A stretch of 64,000 bases of DNA from Podarcis filfolensis. Lineage: Eukaryota. The notes below the pieces were generated by a model. That model was given only the letters and a program-made list of their open reading frames with translations. It was not told the origin of the DNA and made no database searches. Within the stretch, counting starts at the first letter, position 1, and each line of letters opens with the position of its first letter. This document shows, piece after piece, positions 39,731 to 53,208 of this stretch. The DNA is taken from assembly GCA_964270895.1 (NCBI GenBank), contig OZ185442.1. The stretch is one strand, 5' to 3'. Position numbers and translations under genes: made by a program.

Positions 39731-40147
39731 AGTTACAGGTAGGTAGCCATGTTGGTCTGCCGTAGTCGAAACAAAACAAAACAAAATTCCTTCCAGTAGC
39801 ACCTTAGAGACCAACTAAGTTATTGGTATGAGCTTTCGTGTGCATGCACACTTCTTGAGATACACTGAAACAGAAGTCACCAGACCCTTATATATAGTGA
39901 GAGGGTGGAGAGGGGTATTACTCAGAAGGGTGGTGGGAATTGCAGTTGTTAACAGTTGTCAACAGGTTTACCACACCTATCAGCTAATCACCCATTCCCA
40001 CCACCCTTCTGAGTAATACCCCTCTCACTATATATAAGGGTCTGGTGACTTCTGTTTCAGTGTAACAAGAAGTGTGCATGCACACGAAAGCTCATACCAA
40101 TAACAAACTTAGTTGGTCTCTACTGGAAGGAATTTTTTTATTTTGTT
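39731..40147. mobile_element. Penelope-like element terminal repeats in inverted arrangement, each arm with a degenerate minimal hammerhead motif
   Basis: Arms at about 39775-39940 and 39994-40147 are reverse complements (small indels) around a 53-nt spacer. Each arm carries aagaagtgtgcatgcacacgaaagctcatac. The Penelope assignment rests on family knowledge. Confidence 0.75.
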
Positions 40148-40503
40148 AACCGACCTGTTTACCCATTCCCATATTTGTGTGTGTGTCACTGTATTAAACT
40201 AGCAAGTATCAGTTGTCTCACATACACAGTCCCATTGAGGTCTGCGCCCCTTTCCACCTCCTGGATCCCACCACCACCACAGCCCACCTCTGTGATGTGA
40301 TCCTCAGGTGTACATTCCAAAGTAGAGAGCATTCCAATGCTACATCTTTATTGTAAGAACATCCATAAGATAAGCATTTGAGACGAAGATTGCACAAAAC
40401 CAGCATGTGGTTGTTTAAGAATCTCACACACACGCATATCTAGGAAAAGCCTTGCCGGGTCTTTGTGTTACCACAGTCTTTTCTCAGGTGAAACAAAGTT
40501 TCT

Positions 40504-43500
40504 TCAAGCCGGATGGAAAGGAGGCTTTCTTGTCACTTCTTCCTGTGAGTCACCAGCAGAACACTGAATTGTGTGGGCCTTCTGTAGTTTGTCAGAATTC
40601 TCAACCTACTTGATGCATAAAGAATTAGAAATTAAAGAACAAGGCTAGTTCTGTCTCCAAAAAATATTGAAATAAGCATCTAGAGGGCTTTGGAAGGAAG
40701 GTTGAACTGGGGTGCAACTGCTGGAGTAGGAGGGCTGAAGGAAGATAACGGGTGGGGGACTTGTGGTGTCCCAGGTGTTGCTGGACTACAACTCCCATCA
40801 TCCCTGACCATTGGGCCATGCTGCCTGCAGGGGACAATGAGACTTGGGAGTCCTGCAAGATGTACCCCATCCCTGTCTTAGAAAAAGGTAACACGTGCAA
40901 GAATAAATGGTATTTTGTGCTCAAGTGATTAACCACCTTTTCTAAGGTGACGGGGTTAAACTATGGATACATTTTTTTCTGTGAAAGGTGCTGCAGACAA
41001 TATGCACATTTCTCTGAGACGGCTACTTTACCTTCCGGCTACTTTACCTTCCTGCGTTGCAAAGCTTCACTTTTGGGCACAACTTCCTCTTCTACAGTCT
41101 CTGCAGCTTTCTGGAAAAAAGAGGAGATGGAATTGAAGAGGCCCAGGAGGATTCACAACACACACAGCTGGAGAAGTGCTTTGTTGCTCCATACAGCAGT
41201 AAGTCCCAGTGAAGAAAATGGGACTTGCTTCTGTGTAGAGGGCTGTACAGTAAGTTGGCCACAGCCACAAAGCCAGCTGCTTTTTAGAATCGTGGCCACA
41301 ATTGGAATGTAAAATTTAACAACAGGCACCTTGTGTGAGGATGGAGATCTAAAAAAGCTTGCAGCTTTCAAGTCAATGTAAAGGCAAAGAGACTCCAACC
41401 CAATATTCAGAGTTCTCCATAACTCCTCCCCCAGACACATTTTGAGAGTGAATTCTTCCTGCTGACGTTTCGACACCCACTGGGATTCTTTGTGGTGGTG
41501 ACAGTTTCCATTCATAAAATCAATCCAGAAGATGTTGACCTAAAGAGAGGCCCACATAACCCCCTCATACCTGGTCAAGAGGCAATTCCACCTGCGTGTT
41601 TTCATCATCTCTGATTTCCTGGGCATTCTGTATCTCTTCCCTTACACCTTTTATTTTGTAAACACTTCCTTCATCTGAAGGAAAATAAAACATTTTGAGA
41701 AAACATTCTTTCGTATCCTGGGGCATCCTTACCAGAGGAAATGGGATTGCGAAGGCAGCCTACCCCAATGGCCTGCAGGTCTGAAGTCTTCTTCACTTTG
41801 GGGGAATCCTATGACCTTTCCCCTTAAAATTAGGAGCACCCTTTCATTTCACCCAAGAGGTACTTCTGAATAACACAGCTACATCATATTCCAGAGAAGT
41901 TTTCAACATCTCTCACACATGATGGATGGGATTCACTTCGCCAAAACACAGTTCTTGCCACCAGCTAAGGACAAATTCATGGAAGACAGGAAGACAGCAC
42001 CTTCAGGGGGCACAGCCTAAATTTAAATCAAGCTGGCTCAACCCGAGACCTTCCACAACCTTCACAGCACACACACCGGTCATACTACATGCGGTTGGGC
42101 TTTATGTGAATTCTACCATCTTTATTACTACTGTATTAAGGATACTACAATCCATATTAAACCAACCAATAAAGACATTTGGTTGGCCTGAATGAATACA
42201 CTGCCCCTCATAGGGATTTGAGTTTTGTTTTTTAATGACCAATGAGGCTATCTTTGTGTTATGTGCAACATTCATTCATTTATAACATTTGTACTCTGCT
42301 CTTCAGCCCAAAAGGCTCCCAGAGTGGCTTACATGCAATCAAAACAAGACAGGCTTATCATCAAAAATTCACACAACATGCAAGGGAAAAAGAACAGGGA
42401 GGGGAGAGGAAAATCAAAAACTCAGGCACTACACAGCTGTTCCTATATTGACCAGCTGGCACAGTTCAGGGGCAGGTGGGGCCTGATGGAAATGATCCTC
42501 CAGCAAAGCTGCTTACATTAGCCCTGTTGCTTCTCATCTCTCCCCCTGAGGCAGCCTGAGAGAATGGCTGCCCCCAGGATGACAGTTGAGGGGAGGAAGA
42601 GGAGGAGGTCTGGTGGGGCTGGCTTAGCTGACAGAGATTCCAAGCAAGAAAACCTCCTTTTCCTTTTTACCTTGGTCAGAATTCTGGTTTGAGTTCCTCC
42701 TGATACGCCCGACCTGGCCTGGCTTGGCGTGGAAGATGGAGTCTGCCTCCTTGCGCAGGTGCTTCCTGCCTTTCCGCGTCACCGCGGAAAGATTCTGGCT
42801 GCTCTCCTTCTGCACAATCCCTGTGGACTGCACTCTCCGAAGGTTCAGCTGCAAGTGTGAGACAATTTTATCATTCTCAGGAGAAATTTATTTCTAGGAG
42901 TGGTGCCTTATTTGAGCTGGGAGCCCCACCATCTCCACATTTATGAGTGCTGATGCTCAGGTCAGGTGTTTCTTCACAATCGCACAAGTTGCCATGGCTG
43001 TCACTTGTGAGCTCCTACACTCACATTTCACTGCTGACACAACTAGGCTCTTTCCACCAAAAAAAGAAAGCTAGTGTGGTGTAGTTGTTAGAGCGTGGGA
43101 CTAGTACCCAAGAGACTAGGGCTCAAATTCCCACTCGGCCACTGGGTGACCTTGAGCCAGTCACAGCTTTCCAGCCTAACCTACCTCCCAGAGTTGTGAG
43201 GATAACAATGGGGAAGAGAACCATGTGTGCTACCTTGTCACTTTTGAGCTGGCCATCGGGTTTGAGGGAGAAGCAGGGCTGTTTCCACACAATGATTGCT
43301 AAGGTGGAAGACACACCACAGGATGACTTTTCCCACTCCATATTCTCATGCTGAAGCAAACTTGGGGAAAGGGTCCTCACAAAATAAAATGGCAGACTTG
43401 GGTAGCCAGAGAACAAGTGCTTTCAGCACATCCATCATTTGTCATCACTCTCTGATTCTAGAGGGTGGACTCAATGGCAACCTCATGGAGATTCATCCAC

Positions 43501-46001
43501 TTTGAAAATGCACCATCTCAAATCGGGGTGTGGAGTCTTCCTGGCCCAGTGGGCCTGATGACCTTCTGTTCCCACCCTCACAGGGTCATTACGATGCTAG
43601 CTGCTTGGGGGCTGCAGCAAGAGGAGCTTGGGCAGGCCGATGCTTGGCAAAGCTGCATTCTGGAGGGATTGGCTGTGCAACCATGGGTTGAGTTCACCTG
43701 CTGATGGGCAATGAACCATGATCAAGTGCCCCACAGGGAATTTGGTTATGCAGATGATCTACCTACGTCTATACCTGATGTTACATTTGCAGAACTAAGC
43801 AGGATCCAGTATGGTTTAAAACTGGATGAAAGACCATGTGTTGAGATTCCTGCATTGCAGGGGACTGGACTATAACACCTTTGGGTTACCTTCCAACTCT
43901 GCAGTTCTGTGAATCTATTATTCTATATGACATCAGGTATGGGGAAGATGGGTGTAGTTTGGGGAAAACAGTCTCACAGGCCAAACTGGAACCCACACAG
44001 GGCCAAATCTGGCCTGAAGTCTGGAGATTGCTCACCCCTGTCTTAAATGGTTCAAACATTTGTCCCAAATGGCATATTAAGAGCCACCATTTGCTTTTCG
44101 GGGGGGGGGGGGGCAGATAGAAGTATTTAATGATGGAAGGGAGAGATACATACAATAAAAACATGTTTTTAAAAATATGACATCAATGAATTTTTAAGGC
44201 TGCACAAACCTTAGGGGGTCTTTGTTAAGTTCTTTGCAGTAATATTATTTGTGCACTTTTACTGATGACCATGTAATCACAAGCTCCCTTTTTCAGTCAA
44301 CACGAAAGAGAAGCGTGAGGAGAAGCCCCCATTTCCCCAGAGCTGCTGTTTGTGTTTCTCTACCTGTTGTGGCGGTTCAAGGAGTGCTGAGTCACTGGAC
44401 CCCTCTAGCGGAGCCAGGTGGAGCTTAGCTAACTGGAAAAAAAGAAGATATAAAATTCCCACCAGGGTAATTGTGAATAAATCAAATTAATTGTTAACTT
44501 AACCCAAGGCTGCTTCATTTTCAAAAGACAGGCAGACCCAGAGGGCTGGAATTCCGAGTAGAGGAAGCAAAACCTATCTCTACATTTCAATTGGGTTTTG
44601 AGCCGTGGCAATGGAAAGGGCAGACTTTTGTGGCACAACATCAGGAAATCCTATGCACTGATATTTAGCAATGTGAGATTTCGGCTTCCCTGGGATCTCT
44701 TTTACTTGATGAAATGGGGGTGGACCAGCCCAATACATCACACAGGGAAGCAAGCGTTTTGCAGAAATCACACTATTTTTGAAGAATCTAACATCTCCTT
44801 GGGTACTACCTGATGATCACTGGAAACCCTTTTTTAAAAAATGGATTTTTCCCAGAAAGGGAAAATCTAGAATAAAATATTTTTCTCATAAAATATCTGA
44901 GAAAAAACATGGGCTGCCCATTCTGCATGAGCACAACCAAACCCACCATATGACACACCGACCCATCTGGAAGTCTTTTCCCCGCCCTTCCCCCTTCAAC
45001 CAGCAGAATCCCTGGCCAGCACCACCCCAGGGGAAGTCAGCAAAACTTACCCTTCGATTGTGGCTCATTCTTCTGCTATTTGAGTGGTCCCTGTAATCAT
45101 AGAAGCAGGAAATTCACTGCGGCCCACACCCGGATAAGTTTAGTTAGGGAAAGAGGGTCTGGATAGGTCAGATTTATTTTAAAATAATAATTCTTATAGT
45201 GCTAAAAAGTTGCCTTTGGTACGTTGTTATATCTGCTATTGCGTTGTTTTACTATGTAATTAGGACATTGTTTTTGCACTGTTTGATTTTGAAATGCATT
45301 CCTGTTTCCTTGGTTGTAAGAGCATTATTTGTTTTGTAGAAAAGTGGCCTACAAATACAATTATGAATGATTTTTATTTTGAACAAGAGGTACTGAACAA
45401 GTTTTAGCAGCATGAACACAACCATGAAGGAATGGGGAGGGGCTGGTGTTTACAGACTTGTAGCCATCTAAGGAGTGGCACTTGAACTGGCCCCCAGTGA
45501 CTTCAGCCACCTACCGAATTGGCTGGTGTGTTATCTTTGGGGGCACCAGCAATTCGAAGTACGGCAGGTCTTTGTACTTCTCCAGGCCCACCGCCACGTA
45601 GTAGTTGCCGCTCACCAGATCTTCACCAGTGGAGACGGCATCGCCATTGAGCTTGCAGAGCCTGGCCAGAGACAGAAAAGCAAATATCTCTAACAGGCAG
45701 GGAAATCTAAACTGGGAATGAGATTGAGGATGGAGAGAAAGTTCTATATTTGAATGGAGAAGGACCATAGCTCAGTGGTGTAGCACCTGCTTCGCATGCA
45801 GAAAACAACCTTTGCATGGGAGAGAACCCTAGAAAGCCACTGCCAGTCAGTGTGGGCACTACTGAGCTAGATGGGCTAATGGCCTGCCTCGGTATAAAGT
45901 AGTTTCTGAAACTTCACTATAAATTTGAAGTGAAACTAGCAAACCAAAATGCTTATAAAGCCTTGAGAACAGACTTTGCACCTTTCTGCATTTCTATAAA
46001 A

Positions 46002-46048
<47 letters not shown>

Positions 46049-49000
46049 TGAATTAGTATTCTATTCAAACATTAAACCTACAGCACAAAACAATGTGGGT
46101 TTAAATGTCACTGTCTTCCCTTGGGAACTGTGTTGACAGCCTGGGACTTTGAGCAGAATTGCCAAATTACAGTTCCCTGAATTCCTTGGGAGGGAAACCA
46201 TGACAGTGATGCCTATATAAAACAGAGTGCAGATCTCTTCCTACAGACCACGTGGTTGCTTGTAATCCCTAGTCAACAAACCTTGTTGCACATATTCCTA
46301 GGAATGGGCACTTTCAGAGGAAGAATCTAGCAAATGCCAATTACTTTTATTTATTTATGGCATTTATATCCCACCTCTCCTTCAAGCTCAAGGCGGGATT
46401 CTTCCCCATTTTATCCTTATAACAACCCTGTGAGGTGGGTTGGGCAGAGAGTGACTGGCCAAAGGCCCACCCAGTGAGCTTCATGACTGAGTAGGGGTTT
46501 GAACCTTGGTCTCCCACGTCATCATCCAATGCTCTAACCACTACACCTTTGGAATGGCAGCCCCATACTGCAAGCATCTCATTCCCAGCTGGTTTTTCTA
46601 CTTGTAAACTACTTAAAAGTCTGTTTTGGCATTAAACAACATATAAATAGCCAGTGTTCCAGAATTCAATAAATCCCACATAGAGGTGCCTCCTAGGAGA
46701 CAAAAACCTTTGGGTCCATTTCCCAAAGAATCTCGTTGCTGGAAAGTGAAAGGCAGGCAAAGGGGTGGAGCTTGTTCAAAGTACTCACCTTCTAACAGCC
46801 CCAGTCCGCAGGTTTGCCTTGATTGACAAGATGGACAGGACGGCACTCCACTCCTGCAGGGTGCTCTTGTTGAGGATCAGGCGGAAGGGGGGGCTTAGCA
46901 GGTCCCCGTTGCGGAAAACACTTCAACAGAGAAGCAAAGGGACAGGCTGCATGGGGCATGATTTCCATAGTCACCTGTATGTGTAAGCTCTCCCTTCCTT
47001 TGGGAAGGGGCGTGGCTCTGTGGCAGGGTTGCATATGGAAGGTCCCAGTTGAAACCCCAGTGGCTCCTGGTAGGGCTGGGAGAGAACCTGGCCTGAAACT
47101 CTGGAGAACCACTGCGAGTCACTGTAGACAATGCTGACCAAGATGAACCAGTGTATGAATGGTATACACTGATGGTATACAATGACGACCACCAAATCCA
47201 CCAACTACATACAACAAGACACTTAATGCCACTGTTGCTTCAGGAACCTCCAAGCTGCCTTGCATCCAACAGGTACTCAATTCAGATTTATACATTTTTG
47301 CTAACCACACACCAGCTAAAAGCAGCACGAAGCCCTTGTGCCAAGAAGTTTACCCCTATGACAGTCAAGAAACATGGCTTGAACCAGGCCTGGAGTGAGG
47401 GATGGGGCATGTTCTGCCTTCAGCACCCTTTCCGAATAATCCCTGCACTCCCCCCACCACCACTGTCCAAAGGAAATTCGTTTTATTTCTCTGCTGCTCC
47501 AAAGGGGAAATTGTCAGAAAAAAACAGGGAGTCACTCACTGTATAATGCAGGGCAAGTTCGCCTGCTTCCTCCACTGTGTCGAAACAGGCATCTTCTGGG
47601 GAATAACTGGGTAGCTCTGAAGACCAGAAACACCAAAATTGTTATTGACAACAAGAGATCTCCAGCCATGCTCTTGGTGCTCTGCAGATAAGCATAAACA
47701 GAAAAGAGAGACCAACAGGGGTCTCTACCCCAGCAACCTTACAATCTGATTTTTGGAAGACCAGAAGAGGGGAGGGAGGACCAAGTCTGACAAGCGACGG
47801 ACATGGGGTGACTCAGAAGACAGAAGCAGCCCAGGAAAGCCTGACCGGTTTATGCATTCTAAAGTTCAAACTCAGAATTTGAAACCAGACAGCCAACAAC
47901 AGGTTAAATGGGCTGCTGCCCTCCCCGCTAAGCCCAGAACTATGGCACACAGCAGTGAATCATTGTGGCCTTGGCAGGCCTGTTCCTAAGAGGCACTGCT
48001 AAGACAAGGTCTTTCTGTTGTCACCAACACAGAAAGAAGCCTCCTTCACAATGGCTTGCTGAGTGCACATCCTGCTGCTATAGTGACTAAAGCTTTACAC
48101 AGCTCACTTGGTAGAGCATGAAACTCTTGATCTCAGGGCCATGGGTTTGAGCCCCAAGTTGGACCAAAGATTCCTGCATTAAAGGGGGCTGGACTAGATG
48201 ACCCACGTGGTTCCCTTCCACCTCTTACAATTGTATGATTTTTAGTCTTGTAAGGTGGATGGGACTAACTCAAGGGGTTCCACTCAGCCTGAGGAAGATT
48301 CAGACCTTCCTCCACAGATTTACTCTTCAGAGGTTAACCTATATAATTCATATCACCATCTTCAATGAGTGGACCATTCTGTACCCCTCCACTGCTTGCC
48401 TTTCGACCTAAGTAGAATCACAACAGTGATAGATAGTTCAAGGTCTTGTTGCTATATTTAAGAGAAAAATCAGTGGGTGGGTGGATAACTTACTTGCATC
48501 AGCCACCAGGCATTGCAATTTGTGTACAAACACACACATTATTATTATTATTGTCGTTGTTGTTGTTGTTGCTGTTACTGTTATTATACCCTCACCCATC
48601 TGACTGGTTGCCCCAGCCATTCTGGGTGGCTTCCAACAAATATACAGTGGTACCTCGGGTTACATATGCTTCAGGTTACATACGCTTTAGGTTACACACT
48701 CTGCTAACCCAGAAATATTACCTGGGGTTAAGAACTTTACTTCAGGATGAGAACAGAAATCGTGCAGCGGCAGCAGGAGGCCCCATTAGCTAAAGTGGTG
48801 CTTCAGGTTAAGAACAGACCTCCAGAACAAATTAAGTTCTTAACCCGAGGTACCACTGTAAAAGCATAATAAAACACCAAACATTTAAAATTACTTAAAG
48901 CTGCTTTCTACTGAGCCTAAAAACGCAGAAACAGAGCAGTTCAGAGCCCTCTTGCAGGTTTGCTTCACTGCATTGGCTTCTCAGAGACTGGACTATATTG

Positions 49001-52000
49001 GAGTGGGTGGGCCAAGCAGAGAGACTAACTTTTCCAGACTGTAAGCCTGAAGGCAAAGCTTATTCTTTCGCTTCCTAATGTGCCAATAAATATTTTTTGA
49101 AGTTTTTGTGTGTGTGTGAAAACCGCTTTAAACTGCTCATCCTTTAAAGCAGCATCAGCTGCTTACAAACAGCCAAGGCCTTTCCCTGCCCCACTCTGGA
49201 ACTCACCTGCACTCTGTCTTTCTTCTGGTTCCCATTGAGCTGCTTCATTCCAGGGTTTAGATAGCTGTCAAAGCAGTGAGGGAAGGAAATGAACAGGGTG
49301 AGCAAGCAGAGGTCAAATCCCAACTCAAGTCTGACTCACTGATTGGGTCTGGTTAAGTCTACTGTTGTGAAGTCTCACTCCCCCCAGTTATGGATTGGAC
49401 ATGTAATTTAGCTTTACAGCTTCTTGTTTGGTGGAATTAATGTCCCCTGACAAAACCAATGTGATCTTTATAAACAGCAACATTTGGGTGATTAATGAAA
49501 AAAACTAGTTGGATCTGCAACAAAGTGCTGCGGGTATAGCAGGGGTGCCCTCCAGGACTTGCAGGGGTGAGCAAGTAAGCAGGCACCAGCAGCACCATGG
49601 CCATTGCTGCTGCTTTATTGCCAGTGTTCGAAATTAGCCAGGAGCCAGGCGCATTTTGAACCTGACTATCGGCCACTTGCGAACAAATGAAGATGCCAGG
49701 GAGCCAGGATGGCGCCTGACATCTCAATCATCTGGAGGTACATGCTTGGGGATCATTGGATCTTGATTGTTTTCACACACTAATATCACATCCTGTAGAA
49801 TGCTATCTGTTATATTTTATCTGCACAGTCGGAACAAATTTCTAGAACCATTTTTTTTCCTGTGCAGCCTGAACAGGAGTGGTGAACAACATTAATGGTT
49901 GTACAAACCTAAAGTTATGGTGTTCCCTTGAATCCCACCTGTCTCCCAGAAAATAGTGACTCTTTGGAGGCGACCAGACAAAGCCAGAGACACTATGGTT
50001 TACAGAAGCCAGAAACGACCCCCAGCTTCGTACTGTAACAGCCCCCCAAAATGCAAACTGCCAAGCAGCTGCCTCTCTGTCTCACACCCACCCTTCTCTT
50101 CTGCCAACATCCCTAACTGTCAGCGACCATTAAAATCCCCCAACGCTCTTGAGGAGCAAATAAAGACTAGGGTCGTAATCCAGTCTCTAATATAGGATTA
50201 TGACTACTTCTACAAATTATACACTTTTTGGCCCAAAGGCCCCCAGAGTGGGAAACGGCATGTTAAAACAAAATATTTATTTCTTTAAAATATTTATAAA
50301 CTGCCTACTCCCATAAAATATATTAAGGCAATGTACAACAATGCACACACACACACACACACACACACACCCGTAAAGTGCCACAAAACAGTACAAAACA
50401 ATCATAAAAAAGACTGGCTCGTCTTTTTTTAAAATTTAAACAACTGAACAGGCCTGTCGACATGAAAAGATCTTCAAGAGACACCTGAAAGTCAAAAGCA
50501 AGGGATGCCCTCCTCTGGTTAATGGCAGTGATCAAGCTGGTGTCATTTCATGGAGTACAATAAATGTACATCAAATCAGCAAGCAAAGGCAGCCAAATCA
50601 CAAGAGGAAAAGCCTCCCCAAGCAAGATTACTTACAGGTGACTTCACCAACCCTCCACACACAGTGCCTTGAAGACTGAACAGACAAGAAGAACCACTTC
50701 TCTAAAAAAATGAGAAACACTTCTAGAAATATTTATTAAGTCCAACATGCCCCCCATTATATCTAGCAAAATATAGCCCCTCAATAGAAGCCTCATTATA
50801 CTTGTGTGCCCTGTCCCTCCGAAACCTCAGCCATGATCTCCAAAGTCAAAAGCACTTGCAGAAAGGTTCTAGTTCTCTCCTAATAATAATCATAATGATT
50901 CACCTCAGTCACTCTCCACAAGTCTCAGGCAAAGGGCTGAGTCACCTCTTCTCTCTGGGACCCTCCAAAAGCCACTAGACTTTGGACACACACACATACC
51001 CCCCCCCCCGTTTTTGGCCATGTTGGCTGGGGCCAATGGGAGCTGTAGTCCAAAGCATCTGAAGGGCACCAGGTTGAGGAAGGCTGCACTAAACATTGAC
51101 CACCAGATACACCGCTCCTTAAAGCAGCCTTTGTTGCCTGCCAGTAGATTGACTGTATTCCCAGAGGACGGTGGGATAAGAGGCGCTGAAATTCAGACTG
51201 TTCCGTTACCTTGCACATCTGCTTTGTAAGTCAGGAGCCCACGCATACACAATACTTGCTGGGGATAATGCCTGTGATGTTTGTGGGCTGACATCACAGA
51301 CTTGCTGCTGTCACAATCCAGGAGGGGAGTCTCCCTGGGACACACAACCTATTGTGGGGCCTTCTGTATGGGTACGGGAATCCCAAATGGGAAGGGTGTT
51401 GCTGTGGCACTCAGGTCCTCCTTGTGCGTTTCCCAGAGGGCCAGAGTAAGAACAGGATGAGAGACCCTCCAAGTGCCCCTATTTTCCAGGGACAGTCCTG
51501 GATTTACAGAAGCCGTTCCAGTTTCTGATTTGATCCCAGAATGTCCTGCTTTTCCTCTTTTCATCAGAGAAATGTGGGAGGGGATGCAGTTATGCGACCC
51601 TTGAGCTAAGGAGATAAGTAATTACAACCTTTAGAATGGGGTTGCTATATTCCCAAAAGCGAAAATCTGGACAAAGTTGTTGACCAAAAAACAAGTAAGT
51701 CTTTGGCCCTTTGGGGGGATTTTTAAAAGCATTTTTATTTTAAAAATCACCCTAGTTGCCCGGACAACATTTTGACAATGATTCCCAGACGTGTCCAGGA
51801 AAACCCAGACATATGGCAGCCCTACTTTAGAAGACATCTGAAGGCACCCCTGAATAGGGAAGTTTTTTAATGTTTAATGGTTTTTATATACATTGGAAGC
51901 CACCCAGAGTGGCTGGGGCAACCCAATCAGATGGGTGAGGTAATACTATTACTACTACTGAATAGGACGTCCCTATTTTCATCAGAGAAATGTTGGGGGG

Positions 52001-53031
52001 TAAAGGGTGATGGGCTAGATTGCCACTGGCCTGATCCAGCAGGTGGGCTCTGCTTATGCTCTTAACTTCCACTCATCCCATCAGGACTCATGTAGGAGAT
52101 CCTACCGCAAGGAGGCCGGAGGGTGGCAACACGAAAACGGGCCTTTTCTGCAGTGGCTCCCTGTTTGTGGAATGCTCTCCCCAGAGAGGTTCAGTTGGTG
52201 CCTTCATTATACACTTAAGTGCCCGGAGAAAACGTTCCTCTTCAACCAGGCCTTGGGCGGAATGACATCTGATGCCCTTTTAAATGTGTGGTGGGAGCGG
52301 GGATTATTGGGTTGTCTTTGTTCTTATGCTTCTTATGTATTTTGTGTGTGTTTTATATGAGAATTTTACGATGTGAACCGCCCTGACATCTACGGGTATA
52401 GGGCAGCATGGAAATTTAATAAATAAACAAATAAAATACCACGTGCCAGTTGAAAGCCTAACTCCCCTCTATGCCGTCCCACCCACCCACCCCCGCAGGC
52501 AGCTCCTTTGAAATAAAAATCTGGCATCCTGCGGTGCCCCAGGTGAGAAGACACCCTCATTTTTGGTAGGAAATCAATGCCCTCATACCTGACTTCATCC
52601 CTCCCTGCCAGTCAACATAGCTAACAGATTCAGAGTCGGTGGAGCTGATTTTCTGCAGAGAGCCTGGGATTATTTGGGGTTGGGGAGGGGGGCAGATATT
52701 CTGCTGCCATCGGTATGGCAGGCAACACAGCCAGCCTCCAAGTGCCTACTCACTCCAGTCTCTTGAATCTCTCAAAGCCTCCTGCAACGTACTGGCACCC
52801 ATTCTGCAGCTCGCCCAGATCGGAGACCCGATGCCCGTGCCGGGGGGTGTAGATGCTTCTGATGGCCATGGGGGCATGGATTGTGCTGGTCACCTCGTTC
52901 AAAAAGGCCTCAAAGGTCAGGAACCGCCGGTGGCTCACCACGAACTTCCTGCCGTGGAAGAAGGGGTCCCCGTTGCGATACACCATCACGTTCTTGGCCA
53001 CAGGGGCCACTGCCACTGACCCTGAGCTCAT
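40504..53031 (-). CDS. DCDC2B: Doublecortin domain containing 2B, about 415 aa. Coding exons (5'->3'): 53031-52754, 49264-49207, 47616-47540, 46920-46789, 45661-45515, 45090-45051, 44432-44364, 42848-42671, 41674-41571, 41110-41048, 40605-40504. The last exon and the 69-nt exon are less certain.
   Basis: Two DCX domains are present ([18 protein letters not shown]...[10 protein letters not shown] and [13 protein letters not shown]...[21 protein letters not shown]), plus the C-terminal DCDC2-family motif [13 protein letters not shown]|[13 protein letters not shown] boundaries and phases all close (1248 nt). It is adjacent to CCDC28B. Confidence 0.9.
43072..43250 (+). mobile_element. MIR/CORE-like SINE
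   Basis: gtggtgtagttgttagagc...gggctcaaattccc...ctgggtgaccttgagccagtcac...aacctacctcccagagttgtgaggat. Reverse copies are at about 46345-46552 and 56935-57160. Confidence 0.65.
45999..46050 (+). repeat. (TAAA)n(AAT)n microsatellite
   Basis: Read directly. Confidence 0.92.
48096..48240 (+). mobile_element. tRNA-Lys-derived SINE with CR1-type tail
   Basis: The head agctcacttggtagagcatgaaactcttgatctcagggccatgggtttgagcccc aligns by eye to tRNA-Lys(CTT) and is followed by a CR1-like tail. It is not a functional tRNA. Confidence 0.75.
48645..48858. mobile_element. Tc1/mariner MITE (same family as 3369-3597, opposite orientation), inserted into an L2-like 3' tail
   Basis: TA-CAGTGGTACCTCGGGTTA...TAACCCGAGGTACCACTG-TA. 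Its flanks (48540-48644 and 48859-48900) rejoin as the reverse-strand L2-like tail that is seen on the + strand at 51825-51960. Confidence 0.88.
50343..50370 (+). repeat. (AC)n microsatellite
   Basis: Read directly. Confidence 0.92.
51637..51824. mobile_element. hAT MITE with TAGGGTTGCCATAT-type ends in DCDC2B intron 1
   Basis: Ends tggggttgctatat (51637-51650) and atatggcagcccta (51811-51824), with a perfect 8-bp TSD ctttagaa (51629-51636, 51825-51832). It sits within a nested repeat cluster spanning 51465-51995. Confidence 0.85.
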
Positions 53032-53208
53032 GTCCCTCTGGCCTGTAGGTACCAGCAGGTTGCTTATCTTGCAAATCCCCTTGGCCAAAGTTGGAAAGCA
53101 GAGCAATGGGGGCGGGGGGCAATCCTAGGGAGATCCCACCACTGCAAACCCTTCCAGTCTGAGCAGGGCCTCTTTGCCAAGGTCTGTTCTGAGAGAGCAA
53201 GGCTTGCT

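Noticed and set aside
48096-48170. tRNA-Lys-like sequence
   Set aside because: The arms are mutated and it is fused to a CR1-type tail, so it is a SINE head and not a tRNA gene.
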